A stretch of DNA of 62,591 nt, counting the filler, from Squatina squatina (taxonomy: Eukaryota), in the NCBI GenBank assembly GCA_031763465.1. It is 3 parts of 3 records of this genome, joined end to end, with 100 filler letters (N's around TTAATTAATTAA, not from the genome) between each part and the next. Parts side by side here need not be neighbours in the genome. Positions count along the whole stretch, not along the records: positions 1 to 25,966 come from JARFOE010000222.1; 2 more parts are not named here. One strand, written 5' to 3'. A model generated the notes under the pieces. It had not been told where the DNA came from. It did no database searches and worked only from the letters and a program-made list of their open reading frames with translations. The translations under genes and the position numbers were made by a program. Positions 12,884 through 25,459 of this stretch are shown here, piece by piece. How positions within the stretch are numbered: the first letter of the stretch is position 1; each line of letters starts with the position of its first letter.

Positions 12884-14694
12884 AAATATGCGTAGTATTT
12901 ACAGTCAGCTCTTTATATTCTAATTGTGTTTATACCAAATGAAAATCTTATGGAAAAATTTTCCCTTTCCATGATATCTTTGGAACAAGGTGTGAAGTGT
13001 TATATATCATACCTTGATGATAATTGCTTCTATTGTGAATTTAGAATGAGGTGTGAAATAGTTGTGCATCCCAGCAGCACTTGAAGACCTGTTAGCTTCA
13101 CTATCTCATGAATGTTTCATTATCGCATTCATGAAAAAGATCAAATAGTTAGCAAAGGNNNNNNNNNNNNNNNNNNNNNNNNNNNNNNNNNNNNNNNNNN
13201 NNNNNNNNNNNNNNNNNNNNNNNNNNNNNNNNNNNNNNNNNNNNNNNNNNNNNNNNNNGGAGAATGAGGTCTCAAGAGATACTTACCATTAACTGGGGAA
13301 CTCTACTTCAGTTTTCAACACTCCACAGCTGAAGGAGAATGTCATGATTACTGCTAGTTAAGCATCTCATTAGCTGCTTAAGAAGTGTGAGAGTAACTAA
13401 CTTGCAATGTGAATGGAGCAAAAAAATTTGTAGAAAAAAAATGCAAAAAATGTGGACAAAATATTGAGGTCAAAATATAGTCACAAATCCTTGGTTTGGG
13501 ATAGTGATTTTAAATTGCTTGAACTTTGTTCTTGCTGTTTATACTTGGAAATTCATTAAAGGCAACAGACTTCTAATCACTCCAAGGTATCCATTTTCTC
13601 ATAAACCATTTGAACCCTTGGATTCATTTTCAGAGTGATTCTGGTATCCACTATTTAGAAATCAAACTGTCTGTAGCACTTGAATAGACTATATCATTGT
13701 AATCATACCGAAGCATCTATATTTTCTACTTTAAAAAAAACTACAGCTTTAAGATGAAGAGATTTCTGATATTTAAATGAAGATTCATGTCCGGCTTTGG
13801 ATTGCAACTGTCCTCAATAGAAAGTCTCTCTGGTGGTTATAAAGATCTTAATTTATCAATCACTCTGCTGTTGTGCTAACAGTTACCAGCTCTGCAGCAA
13901 GGCTTATTGAAGCTGGGCTGATTTCAAGGATTTATCAATATTGACACAAAAATACCACAATTCGGATACAAAAGCACTTTTTAATATCACTTCTTGGCTA
14001 TCATCACCTCAACATAAGCTGATTTTTTTGGTTTATTACATAGATATCCTGCCCCCATAGTCTTTTCTGCCAGGTTACTTGAAATGGCACATGTGCAGAT
14101 ACAGAAATAGAACCAGAAGGTGGCTTTGTTACTGTGAAGCTGTAGCACTCTGGGACACTCCTGACAGCTTCATTAGTCTCCTAACTCCCCTATGACTCTG
14201 AATTAATTGTACTGCAGACTGAGGAAAAGGAAAAGAAATAGAAATCTCCAGCATTTTTTCAACATTATTCACTCACTTCTAATTTTACCATCTATATATT
14301 TGCATTTCCCTCTGCCCTTTTGAACTTTGTGACAGAATCAGACCACGATTTTCATGTTCAGCTAGATGACTGCCAGTGTTAAATATATAACCTAGCCAAA
14401 GCCAACCTAGATTTTTAATTGCTCTCTACAGTCCCATCACTCAAATCTTTAATGTATTTTTTTTGTTGTTGAATATTTTGTTAACTTCCAGAAAAATGAC
14501 AATGAAGGCTGTAAAACTCCAAGTGGTTCATTAATGTTCTTANNNNNNNNNNNNNNNNNNNNNNNNNNNNNNNNNNNNNNNNNNNNNNNNNNNNNNNNNN
14601 NNNNNNNNNNNNNNNNNNNNNNNNNNNNNNNNNNNNNNNNNNCACACAATTCACCAAACTTTCCTCTCTATTTTTAAAAACTTGCATTTAAAAA

Positions 14695-14870
14695 ACAGGA
14701 TGTCGCTAAGCCCTTCACAGCCAACTAATTACATTTCAAGTGTAGTCACTGTTGTTTTGCAGGCAACTACAGGAGCCAATTTGCACGCATCAAGATCCCA
14801 CAAACACTAAATGAGATAAGTGATCACATAATCGGTTTTGGTGGTGTCTGAGAGATGAATGTTGTCCAAG
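14695..14870 (-). mobile_element. DeuSINE fragment
   Basis: Similar to 5920-6090 (cttcacagccaa...gccaatttgcacgcatcaagatcccacaaac). Confidence 0.6.
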
Positions 14871-16434
14871 ATAGAGAATAAGGAACAGGACTGAACTGGG
14901 ATCATGCTTGGATAAAGAGAACCAATAAAGGCAAGTGGCTCCCCATCAAGAGTTTCCACTGAGTCAATGTGTTTAGCGTGTTCTCAAATAGATCACCACT
15001 CTTCACTTCCTACTTCCCATCAATGTTAATATCAATGTCTGAACTAGGAACTAGTGAAGAGCAGATGATCAGTCTCATTAACCAGTCACACTGAACTCAA
15101 TTGTAATACATGTTTTAATAAAATCTCCAAAACAAATGTTTGAAATCCAATATCAAACAGATGTGCTTTTTCACATAGGAAGCTTTCCATGGAAAAGATT
15201 CATTTGTTGCGGTTTGTAATGAACAGGTGCCTTTCTGCACAATGTCACATGTTGCAAGCACTTACCTATGGATAGGGTGATTTCCAGATAAAACCACACT
15301 GGCAGTGTACTGTGTGTTCCCATTAGCATCACTGTTGCTGAGGCAACCATTGTTGCCAGGTAACCATGAAGAGACGGGAATGCAGATTTGATTTGTGATT
15401 TCTTTGGAGAATGACGATTGTTTTAATGAAAATTATATTCAAAACTAGAATCAACAAATCAGTTACAATGCAAATAGCAAAAAATATCAGCTCTATTTGA
15501 TTAAATTACAGAATAAATAATTGATAAATCGTTTGGTAAATTAAAATAAAATAGATACTCTGCAATACATCAGTATATCAATGAAAAGTCTAATTTACAG
15601 GGTAAATGCTATTTCTCCAACAGGCTACTGGTCTTTTACAGCCTCAAAATAATTTAAATGAGTCAGTATGAAAAATTTTAAACCATGGATCCATCAATCT
15701 CATTAATAGTCAAGTCACACAGATTTCTGCCACAGCACAATGTACTAGAGGAGACCAGAGCTTGTTTGCACAATAGTATGCCCTCTCTGTATTACAGATT
15801 TTCAAATAATTTTCATTCAGGAAAATTATAAATAATTTCAGAGACAACACAAAAATGCCTAAAAGCTCCATATCAAAAAGGAGAGAACAGGATGGATTAC
15901 ATATGGTTCTATTTTCTTTTTTAAATACAACCTTATAACTGGCAAACTAGAAACTTTACTTCCAGTACCACAGATAAACCTTGTCAATCAAAATCATTCC
16001 TACTGTTTACTAAGCATCAGGGGCTGTTAGCAGCCCTACTTTGTCCATTTTCTGGGTGTACTGACTGAAAAGTAAGTTTGTGTGTCCCCTATTGGTCATG
16101 TGTATGTGATACACTCATACCTTTTGGGAATGCCTTATTCAGTTCTAAGTTATGTATGCACTCTCATATGTTACATGCTCCAATATACTTCTCTATCTCC
16201 TGTGCCCCACCTTCCATTCTGCTCGATCTTCCAATATCCATAATCAATTGTCTATTATTCTATCTGCTGCCATCTCCAAGCTCCATACCTGTTTTTTTCT
16301 TCTCCTTGCCAGACTCCATTCTCTATGTCCTGTGATTCTCTGTGGCATACTCTTTGCAGTTCTTCTTTATCCATTCTTTATTGCATACTTGCCAGCCTCT
16401 AATCCTAATTCGCTATTCCCTGTCTATCTACTCA

Positions 16435-17132
16435 CCAACAACTTATACTTATACTGTGCCTTTAAAGTCTTGCTCCAAGAAAATGAACGCTGAGCTAAAG
16501 GAGCTTTTAAAATGAGTGACTAAAAGCTTGGTCAAAGAGGTAGGTCTTAAGGAAGGTGTTAAAGGAAAAGACGGAGGTGTAGGGCGGGAGGAGTTTGGAG
16601 ACGTTCCAGAACATGGGACCCATGCAGCTGAAGGCATGGCCATCAATGGTAGAGGGATTGACGGGGTGGGGGTGCGGTATGAATGAGGTTAGAGTCAGAA
16701 GAAAGCAGAGTTTGAGGGGGTTGTAGGGCTGGAAGAGGTTACAGCGACAGAGTGGGATGAAACCATGAAGTACAAGGATAAGAATTTTTAAAATTGAGGA
16801 ATTGGGGAGCTGGGAGCCAATAAAGGTCAGTGAGGACAGAGGTAAAGGGTGAGCAGGATGGTGCAGAAAGGATACAGGCAGCAGATGTTTTGATGAGCTG
16901 ATGTTTATGGAAGGTGGTGAATAGGAGAGTGGCCAGGAGACAATCGGAATTGTCGAATCTGGAGGTGACAAAGGCACGGATGAGGTATTCAGTGGAAGAT
17001 GAGCGGAGGTAAAGCCAGAGGGTGGCAATATTACCGAGATGGAGGTAAGATGGTTTTTGTGATGGACAGGATATGGGGTTGGAAGCTCAGCTCACAGTCA
17101 GATGGGACGCCAAGGTTGCAAACTGTCTGGCT
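16435..17132 (-). mobile_element. L2-type LINE 3' portion, decayed
   Basis: Minus frames give VCNLGVPSDCELSFQPHILSITKT and GHAFSCMGPMFWNVSK...SFNTFLKTYLFDQAF; tail ends ...tataagtataagttgttg. Confidence 0.85.
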
Positions 17133-17205
17133 CGATGCAGGAAGATTGTTCCCGATGTTGGGGAAGTCCAGAACCAGGGGGCACAGTTTGAGGATAAGGG
17201 GGAAG
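17133..17205 (+). mobile_element. CR1 LINE 3' fragment inserted into or abutting the L2 copy
   Basis: DAGRLFPMLGKSRTRGHSLRIRGK. Confidence 0.75.
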
Positions 17206-18039
17206 NNNNNNNNNNNNNNNNNNNNNNNNNNNNNNNNNNNNNNNNNNNNNNNNNNNNNNNNNNNNNNNNNNNNNNNNNNNNNNNNNNNNNNNNNNNNNNN
17301 NNNNNGTAACTTCTTCAAAAAATACAATTAGATTTGTAAGACAAGACCTTTTTATGAAGCCATGTACCACGCAACCTATACATTCAACTTTACAGTATGT
17401 TGTACAGCGCTAAGAAGTGGGTGATATTTATGTCAGCTACAATACCTGCAAGATACAATTTATCATTTTTACCTCTGCTTTATTAGGTACAGATGGTTAG
17501 TAGAACAGAATGGTTTTCACATCAGGCATAGTATACAGTGTTATCCCTTTCATTAGACCTATTATGGGTCCTGCATACAGTATGACACTTACAGGCTTTA
17601 ACTGTGTGTACAGTATACAGTGAGAATCGTTCAGATTCTGTAAGCAGACTGCATCTCTGACAAACTGCACTGTGTTAGCGTAGCCCAAGTTCAATAATTG
17701 GCTCCGATCACGGTAAAGTGCTTACTGGAGAAAACGTAGGACGCTCCCTACGTCTCTTGTGCGGTAGTGCCTAATCTGTGATCAATAATCACCCCTGCTT
17801 CTCAAAAGCAAAGTTTGCACTTAACGACGGATCAGCCTCCATTTAGAACTGTAAATATTTAAATGGCCCAAACCCAAAGACAGATATTCTTTTATTTGGC
17901 ACAAAATATATCATCTGCAGTGCTGAATTTGATTTAGTGATCTGTAACTCACTGAGACATACCCAGTGCCCTTCATGCATATGTTGTCCCAACTCCACAA
18001 TCGGATTTCTTTACTTGGAGGACTAATCTGCTCTTACAG

Positions 18040-18609
18040 CCAAAGGTGTTGCCGGTGATTGTATTTTTTCCCCATCTCCTTTATTCCCTTGTTATTTTTA
18101 GTATTATTGGGATGCTTTTAGTTTCTTCTACCATGAAGACAGATGAAAAATATTTGTTCACCTCCTCTGCCATTTCCTTGTTCCCCATTACTATTTCCTC
18201 AGTTTCATCCTCTAACGAACGATCCAACGTTCACTTTAGCCACTCTCTTCCTATTTATATACGTATAGAAGCTCTTACTGTCAGTTTTTATATTTCTTAG
18301 CAATTTACATACTCCATTTTCTCCCTCTTTATTATTTTTTTGGTCAGCCTTTGCTGTTTTCTGAAATTTTCCCAATCTTTGGACCTACCACCAATCTTTG
18401 CCACATTGTATGCCTTTTCTTTCAATTTGATGCCATACTTAACTTCCTTGGTTAGTCATGGTTGGTTCATCCTTCTCTAAGAGTCCTTCTTCCTCACTGG
18501 GATATATCTTTACTGCGAGTCCTGAAATATTGTCTTAAATGTCTGCCACTGCTTGTCTACCGTCTTACCTGCTAATCTATTTGCCCAGTCCACTTTAGCC
18601 AACTCTGTC
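18040..18609 (-). mobile_element. CR1 LINE ORF2 middle fragment, decayed
   Basis: Minus strand contains gaaatggcagaggaggtgaacaaatatttttcatctgtcttcatggtagaaga (EMAEEVNKYFSSVF motif). Confidence 0.7.
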
Positions 18610-20596
18610 NNNNNNNNNNNNNNNNNNNNNNNNNNNNNNNNNNNNNNNNNNNNNNNNNNNNNNNNNNNNNNNNNNNNNNNNNNNNNNNNNNNNNNNNNNN
18701 NNNNNNNNNATTATACAGAGAATGCTGGAAATACTCAGCAGGTCATGCAGCATCTGTGGAGAGAGAAACAGAGTTAACATTTCCGGTCGATGCGCACTAC
18801 ACAGAGCCCAAACAAAGATCTGAAAAATCTGTACATTAATCATTGAGAGTGTTTTGGACAGATTTACATTTCATTACATCACATTTGGAGCTAATGGAAT
18901 GAGTAACTGTCTCTACTTGCACTGATGCAAATAGGTCCTGGGTCTTTTTGTATCAATTGCAAAATTTTCATACGTAGTTGGTGGACAGTTAGCCCAATTC
19001 AGCAACAGCAATTAGGATTTCAATGTCGGTGCGTATCATCGTTGGAACTTGGCAGATTGCAAGTTCGGGATTTCCGCATGTTTTCAAAGGTGGTATGATG
19101 GCTTACTTTGAGGCATACTACAAATTCTGGCCCAGCATAACTCTGAAAGTCTATGACCATTTGGTAAAACTAGTTGGTTTGCATACAGATCTCAATTTTG
19201 ATAGTGACAAGCTTCAAAATGTGTTGTGTCACTTCATTATAATACATTGGTCAGGAACCAGCCAAAACCTATGAGTATTGTAAACAAGATTTCCACCAGT
19301 AATAGCTCTTTACTCCAGGTTGTGTGTGCAGTTAATACCTTGCACCATATTAGCTTCTATTAATAATATGAGCTATGCTTATCTGCACAACAGAAAACTA
19401 TTTAGCAAGAGCTCCATTTAAATCTCTGACTTGTACCTACTAAGTAACAAACTTTGATAAATCAACCTGAGGTCAGATGACTAAAACTCTTTTTGCAAAA
19501 CTAACTGCTAGTGCTAGAATTCAACACAACAGTATATCAGATAAAATTAGGCTTGCAGTTGTTGAATGTTATTCATGGTCTTAAGCAGAAGCTAATTTTA
19601 ATTTCTTATATTTTATGCTTTGTGTGAAACGCAATGTGCTATACCATATTAAATGGTCTTGGATGTTTTTTGCCTACAATAGTCATCAGCACAAATTCAA
19701 AATTTGGAACATAGTAGACATAGAAGCCAATCACCAGGCATCCTGTTCTGTTTGCAGTTTCACCATGCATTGGGATATTGTAATAGAGAAGTAACCATAT
19801 TTTAATTCATAGAAATTGGTATGTTGTCTTTATTCCAGATAATAGAATGTGGATAGAACTAAGAGTTAAATATTTTATCAGCTGTTAAAAATTGTAACCA
19901 GTTTGTGTGGTTTGTTGTATAGAGTGATGATCCATGGAGTTAAATGCATTAAGTATGAAAATGTACTAGTATTCAACATATTGGTTGAAGCACTAACTAT
20001 TGGTTATGGTATTCTTCCAATCATTTAAAACGGAACCACTGTATAGTAAGTTTTTAGAGTTTATTGCTGAATAATGTTATTCCTTTTGAAACATGAATCT
20101 TTATTCTCTTTTCTTTGGTGTACTTAACACACTGGTGTTCAGCTGAACCAAAACACAATTTGTTTGCAAAACATTTCATTCTTGCCGACCACAGAACAGT
20201 GGATGAAAGATAGTGCCACTTTCCTTGGTCAGGATCTCCATTCTTTACAGTTATGATTTGTGCAGTTTTCTCTTTATCTGTTAATTTATAAGTTTACCAT
20301 GTCTTTGCTGCTAAGGGAAAGGCATACAGCCTACTCCCAGACCACTGGCAGTTGCTAAGTACTGCCCAAATGTGTCTCATGCTTATGATTTCCCTTCCCC
20401 CTCCATGGCTGAAGGAGCGCTACAGCCTCTGCCTGGTCTCTTCCTGTTTGATATGCCTCTGGTTCAGTACCTGATCAATAAGAGATCAAACCTACATTCA
20501 TCTGTGACACTACCTCGATGCCCATCAAAATTTTAAAAAATCTAAATGTATTGGGGGTGAAATTGGCTTCCGCCAGTAGTGCAAAACACTTCTAGT

Positions 20597-20725
20597 TGTT
20601 CTGATGAAGGGTCCACGCCTGAAACGTCAATTTGTCTGTTCTCTTCACAGATGCTGCCTGATTTGCTGAGTGTTTCTGTAATTTTCTGTTTTGTTTTAGA
20701 TTTCCTGCATCTGCAGTTTTTTTGT
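20597..20725 (+). mobile_element. Penelope-like terminal repeat containing a minimal hammerhead ribozyme motif
   Basis: gtt-CTGATGA-AGG-gtccacg-CCT-GAAAC-GTC-aat followed by the recurrent gatgctgcctgatttgctgagt...catctgcag repeat body. Confidence 0.65.
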
Positions 20726-21509
20726 AAATTACTCAGTGGCCTTTACTATTAGGTTCTTATATTTGGTGGAACCTTTCTGTTACCAAACTTGTAGTAGAAT
20801 AAAAGGGCAGACAGTCTTCATTTCAACTTGGCAGTGTCATGTCTTGCGTGCTTGCATAGACTAATGCCAATGACAGACAAATGACAAAGTATTGAGAGCC
20901 GTGGATAGTCTTCACTTTGCAATGTGTATGATTTAATTGGCATTGCTTATTCTCAAAGCACAAATATAAGCAAGCCCTTTTTAAAATTTGAACTTCATTA
21001 TTACAAATTCTCAAATTAGTCATGTTTCCCTTTTTGAAAAAAAAACCTTTTTTTCTTTTTAAGATTTTACCTCGTTCCCAGTGTGGGGTCACACCATTTC
21101 CTTTCCATAGAAAAGATGGATGGAGAAACTACTCCCAGGCCTCTTCTGTGCTGTTCCTAAATCTTGAACGAGCTTTGATTACGTTATGTTCTTGATTTTG
21201 TTCTTGTACTGTTCTGTCGTTGATACTTGAGTTGGTTAGTGTGAAATATAGGGTTTGGTATTCAATACTTTCCCTCTGTCCCTGGATGGCTCTGCTGAGA
21301 TCCAGCTATGTCCATGCAAGAGGAATTTCAACACACGAGTACAGAAGCTTTAAGATAGTTTTTCAAAATATAATGCCGTATCTTAATTTTAATTGAGATT
21401 TGTTGCCAGCTAGTTAGTTAACACTGAGTTTCTGCTAATTTCCTGTACCATACTATACCTGACTTTCTTGAATATTAAAGGCTGTATGAATTTTCCTTTT
21501 TAATCACAG

Positions 21510-21550
21510 GAGAAGACTGACGTCGAAGGGACCTTATTTGTTTATGCAAG
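21510..21550 (+). CDS. DCP1B: mRNA decapping enzyme 1B, exon 2 (EVH1 domain)
   Basis: cacag|GAG ... AG|gtatgg, 41 nt; EKTDVEGTLFVYA(R). Confidence 0.92.
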
Positions 21551-21839
21551 GTATGGGCAATCAGTAGGATATGGTTTTATTTACATTGTAACCATTCAAT
21601 TTTTTTAAATGCACTCCATGTTTAAACTACTTGGCCTTGAATTTCCTCCCGTATTTGTGCCCAGAGATGCGTGTAATCTGGTCACAAATCAATTGCGTGG
21701 TTTTAAAGATTGGAATTTTGGGTATAAGTGAGTTATGTGCACAAGTACAATACACCCAAATCTTCTTGATCTTTTACAGCCATCTATTGATCCCCAGCCC
21801 GAATGCATGAGTTGAAACTTTAATTTTCATACTTAAAGA

Positions 21840-21922
21840 AAAAAACTTGCATTTATATAGTGCCTTTCATGACCTCAGGATATCCCAATGCCCTTTACAG
21901 CCAACGAAGTACTTTTGAAGCA
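21840..21922 (-). mobile_element. SINE/L2-type 3' tail fragment
   Basis: aacttgcatttatatagtgcctttcatgacctcaggatatcccaatgccctttacagccaa, matching the tail of the 5885-6330 element. Confidence 0.6.
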
Positions 21923-22846
21923 NNNNNNNNNNNNNNNNNNNNNNNNNNNNNNNNNNNNNNNNNNNNNNNNNNNNNNNNNNNNNNNNNNNNNNNNNNNNNN
22001 NNNNNNNNNNNNNNNNNNNNNNTTCGCGCCCAATTGGCGCCAACTTTTCAAAACCAATTGTGGGCGCACCTAGGAGTTCTAGAAACTGAGAAGAAGGTAA
22101 GACAGAGGCTGTAGAGAGAGGAGAAATTTGTGAATTTGCTTTTCTTGATTTTTAAAACAATTCCAATATTGTATAAGCTCAATATTGCACTTTATCTTGC
22201 TGTGTCTTTTTGCTTCTGCATATTATTTCACTATGAAAAAAATTCAACCAGAATGCATTGGCCTTGCATTGTTTTATATTTTGCCTTTGAAAGTGATGGG
22301 GGAATGTAATGGACATATCATGTATTCTTCAGTGAGGAGTTTACCCAGCTAAGGGTTAATTATCAATTGTTAAGCCTGAGTTTGCTAACCTGTACACAGT
22401 GAATAAAGATGCAGGTTTCAGTTCATAAGGGGACTGCGTCTAGAAACTGCAATCTAGCTGTGAACACAAAAGCAAATATTGGGGTAACTCTAAACTGTAA
22501 CACTAGCTTTAAATAGATCGACAATACTAGTTTTCCACTAGCCCTCTTCTCTCGTAATAAATTTTTTGTGACAATTACATGCACTCAGACAGGCTGACAT
22601 TTCACTCTGGTAATTGTGCAATCCTTCAAAGACTGAGATCCAAAGCTGGTGATTCTTTTCAGTTTGTAAGTCTGGCATTCGATGACAAACTGAATTAATG
22701 AAACTAGTCCAGTTTGTAGTCAATGATCTGTGAAAAAGCTTATAATATTGAGAGCAAAATATGCCTTCATTCCTGCATAGGGAATGTTTTTTAAAAATTA
22801 TTTATCTCTGCTATTCTGACTTGCCGTTCTCTGCTTTTGGTTCTAG

Positions 22847-22974
22847 ATCTGCTTCTCCGAGGCATGGCTTCACCATCATGAACAGATTGAGTGTGGAGAA
22901 CAGGACTGAACCAATCACCAAGGATTTGGACTTTCAATTGCAAGCCCCTTTTCTACTGTATAGAAATGCACAAT
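22847..22974 (+). CDS. DCP1B: DCP1B exon 3 (EVH1 domain)
   Basis: 128 nt, ctag|A TCT ... CAA T|gtaaga; SASPRHGFTIMNRLSVENRTEPITKDLDFQLQAPFLLYRNAQ (ENRTEPITKDLDFQLQ is DCP1B-type rather than DCP1A). Confidence 0.95.
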
Positions 22975-24098
22975 GTAAGATTGGAAGTATTTTCTTGTAC
23001 CTGCGCCTAGTTGATAAAATTGTACTCCATATATTGGCCACTTCTAACGCAGCTTGACTGAACTGTTTTTTGTTCCTGAACTAACAAGTGACTTGAATTG
23101 AGCAAAAGTAACTGTGTTTTCTATTTTTTTCCCTGCCTTCTTCTAACTGATTGGCCTGGTCGAATTTTGCTGATTTATGGTGTATGATCACCTTCACACC
23201 AGCATCACCCTCAGGTGCCATCAGTGGCGTGCGGGCACCAGATTCCAGTCAGTATCTTCGCTCTATCTGCCTGTGAATAAAGCTCGCCCTCCTTCCCCGC
23301 TCTGGAACGTCTTTCAGGCTGGCCGGTGAAGATTATCGAGCAAAGGACGGCGACTCTTCCAATTGCAGTTCTTGGCNNNNNNNNNNNNNNNNNNNNNNNN
23401 NNNNNNNNNNNNNNNNNNNNNNNNNNNNNNNNNNNNNNNNNNNNNNNNNNNNNNNNNNNNNNNNNNNNNNNNNNNNCAGGGTAGAAATGCAATCAGGACA
23501 TTTTGAATTTTGCACCCAAATCCAAATTGCAATTTTTAAAACTACTTTTTTCAAATATTATTTTATATTGTGTTGCGAATTGTGGATTACACAAGTACAA
23601 AGACTTGAAAGAAAATCTTACCTCCCGGACACGTGTAGAAGCAGTTCAGCTGGGTCTCCTTCACGATTTTGCCTTTGTACTTGGTATCCATTGCTTGTAG
23701 TGTAGACAACTGTGTGGAAGCTTTTTGATGAACAACTGCTTGAAACATTTTGCCTTCCAAGGCGATGATTCTACCTTCATTGAAAATGCATACTAACTCA
23801 GTGAAAATTACCAGCACCTTAAATCCATATCTGAAGGTGTTCAAGAGTTATTTATTCAGAGTTTAGCCCAGCAAGGCACATGCTTGGTGACCATGCTCGT
23901 TGATTGTGGTTTCTGATGCATTCCTTCAAAGAGTTAAGAGGTGAAGGAGGAAAGTGGCTATATACGTTGTCATCCTCCACTCCAGAGAATTACATTGTGG
24001 CATGCACCTCTGCATCACAGCTGACGTTTTGATATGGGGCCCTCATCCCATTAAGAGGAAGCAAAGATAAAAGCTTCAGCAATGCCTGAATTACAAGC

Positions 24099-24629
24099 CA
24101 GCTAAGATTATAAAAATCTCCAAGAATTCATGTCGTGATCTTGTGATGAACAGTTAAAGCATTCCCTGCATTTCTAGTCCAGCTATGTGTGGAGGCAGGG
24201 AGAGAGAGAGAACTGTGAATAAACCAAAACAAATAATTATTAAATTATATTCTGGAACCTTACAGAACAAACACTTCTAAAGTTTTTTTTCATACAATTC
24301 TGAGGGAAGTATGAGGAAAGGTATCAGTCTGTGTCCCGTATATGCTTTTTGGTAGTTTTGTTTTATGGAGCAAGCCATTAAGTAATGTATGTTGCATTAG
24401 AGCAGAATACAAAGGGTTGTAAAAGGGTTCTTTCTGTCGATTATTCTACAAATTACAAATCATATATTTTTGAAGAACTGATTTAATTCAGATTTTTATT
24501 TAATTGATGTATCAGCTTGGCTTAGTGATTGCACTCGCACCTCTGAGTCAGAAGGTTGTGGGTTCAGGATTTAACTGTTCATCACAGGAGCATGACATGA
24601 ATTCTTGGAAAATTTTATAATCTTAGCTG
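24099..24629. repeat. 60-bp inverted repeat pair (24099-24158 and 24570-24629)
   Basis: cagctaagattataaaaatctccaagaattcatgtcgtgatcttgtgatgaacagttaaa versus the reverse complement of 24570-24629: 5 mismatches in 60. Confidence 0.9.
24510..24568 (+). mobile_element. DeuSINE tRNA-like head, truncated
   Basis: atcagcttggcttagtgattgcactcgcacctctgagtcagaaggttgtgggttcagg matches the head of the 5885-6330 element. Confidence 0.65.
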
Positions 24630-24639
24630 ACCAATAACA

Positions 24640-24968
24640 ATCACCACCAAGAGAGAGCCTGACCACTCCCCTTGACGTTAAATGGCATTACCACCACCAA
24701 GTCTCCCAACATCTTGGGGTTCACCATTGACCAGAAACTGAACTGGACCTGCCATATAAGTGGTGTGGCTACTGGAGGTCAGAGGCTGGGTATTCTGCAG
24801 TGAAGGGCTCCTCTTCTGACTTCCCAAACCCTCTCGGCTACCAACAAGGTACATCAGGAGTGTGATGAATACTCTCCGCTTGCTTAGTTGGGCATCACTG
24901 TAACGTCACTAAAGAAGCTTGACATTATCCAGGACAAAGCAGACCAGTTGATTGGCACTTCATCCACT
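24640..24968 (+). mobile_element. CR1-group LINE (second family), RT C-terminal fragment
   Basis: Decayed ILGFTIDQKLNW...RSVMxYSP...KKLDIIQDKA; same family as 50001-50575 and 31615-31966. Confidence 0.75.
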
Positions 24969-25459
24969 GGCGTATATGAACATAAGAAATAGGANNNNNN
25001 NNNNNNNNNNNNNNNNNNNNNNNNNNNNNNNNNNNNNNNNNNNNNNNNNNNNNNNNNNNNNNNNNNNNNNNNNNNNNNNNNNNNNNNNNNNNNNTCCCTT
25101 TGCCATCAGTTTCGCACAGGTGTTTCCCTACATGACTGCTGCTCTTTAGCAATAACTTCTCTGAGGTGCTCTCCCATCAAAGCTGCTTATGCTGCACTTA
25201 TTGAAGATATGCCTTTTTAGTTTCTACTCTCTTTTAATTCACTTGATTGCTATATTTTCACGTTGTTTCTGAGACTGTGGCGTTTAGCACTCTTACATTG
25301 AAGCATTTCACCATTTACTTCTACTTTTGCCCAAATACTAATTACTTCTGTGCAAATAGCACCAGTAGCAATTTTTTGACACTATTTATTTTCTATGAAA
25401 CTTTATGAAGCTGATACTTTTAGTCACAAAAGTAATACGTTTCTTTTTTTTTTAAAAAG

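Noticed and set aside
22941-22949. DCP1B LQAPF in place of the recalled LQDPF
   Set aside because: A single substitution with no supporting context; it cannot be distinguished from ordinary divergence or error.
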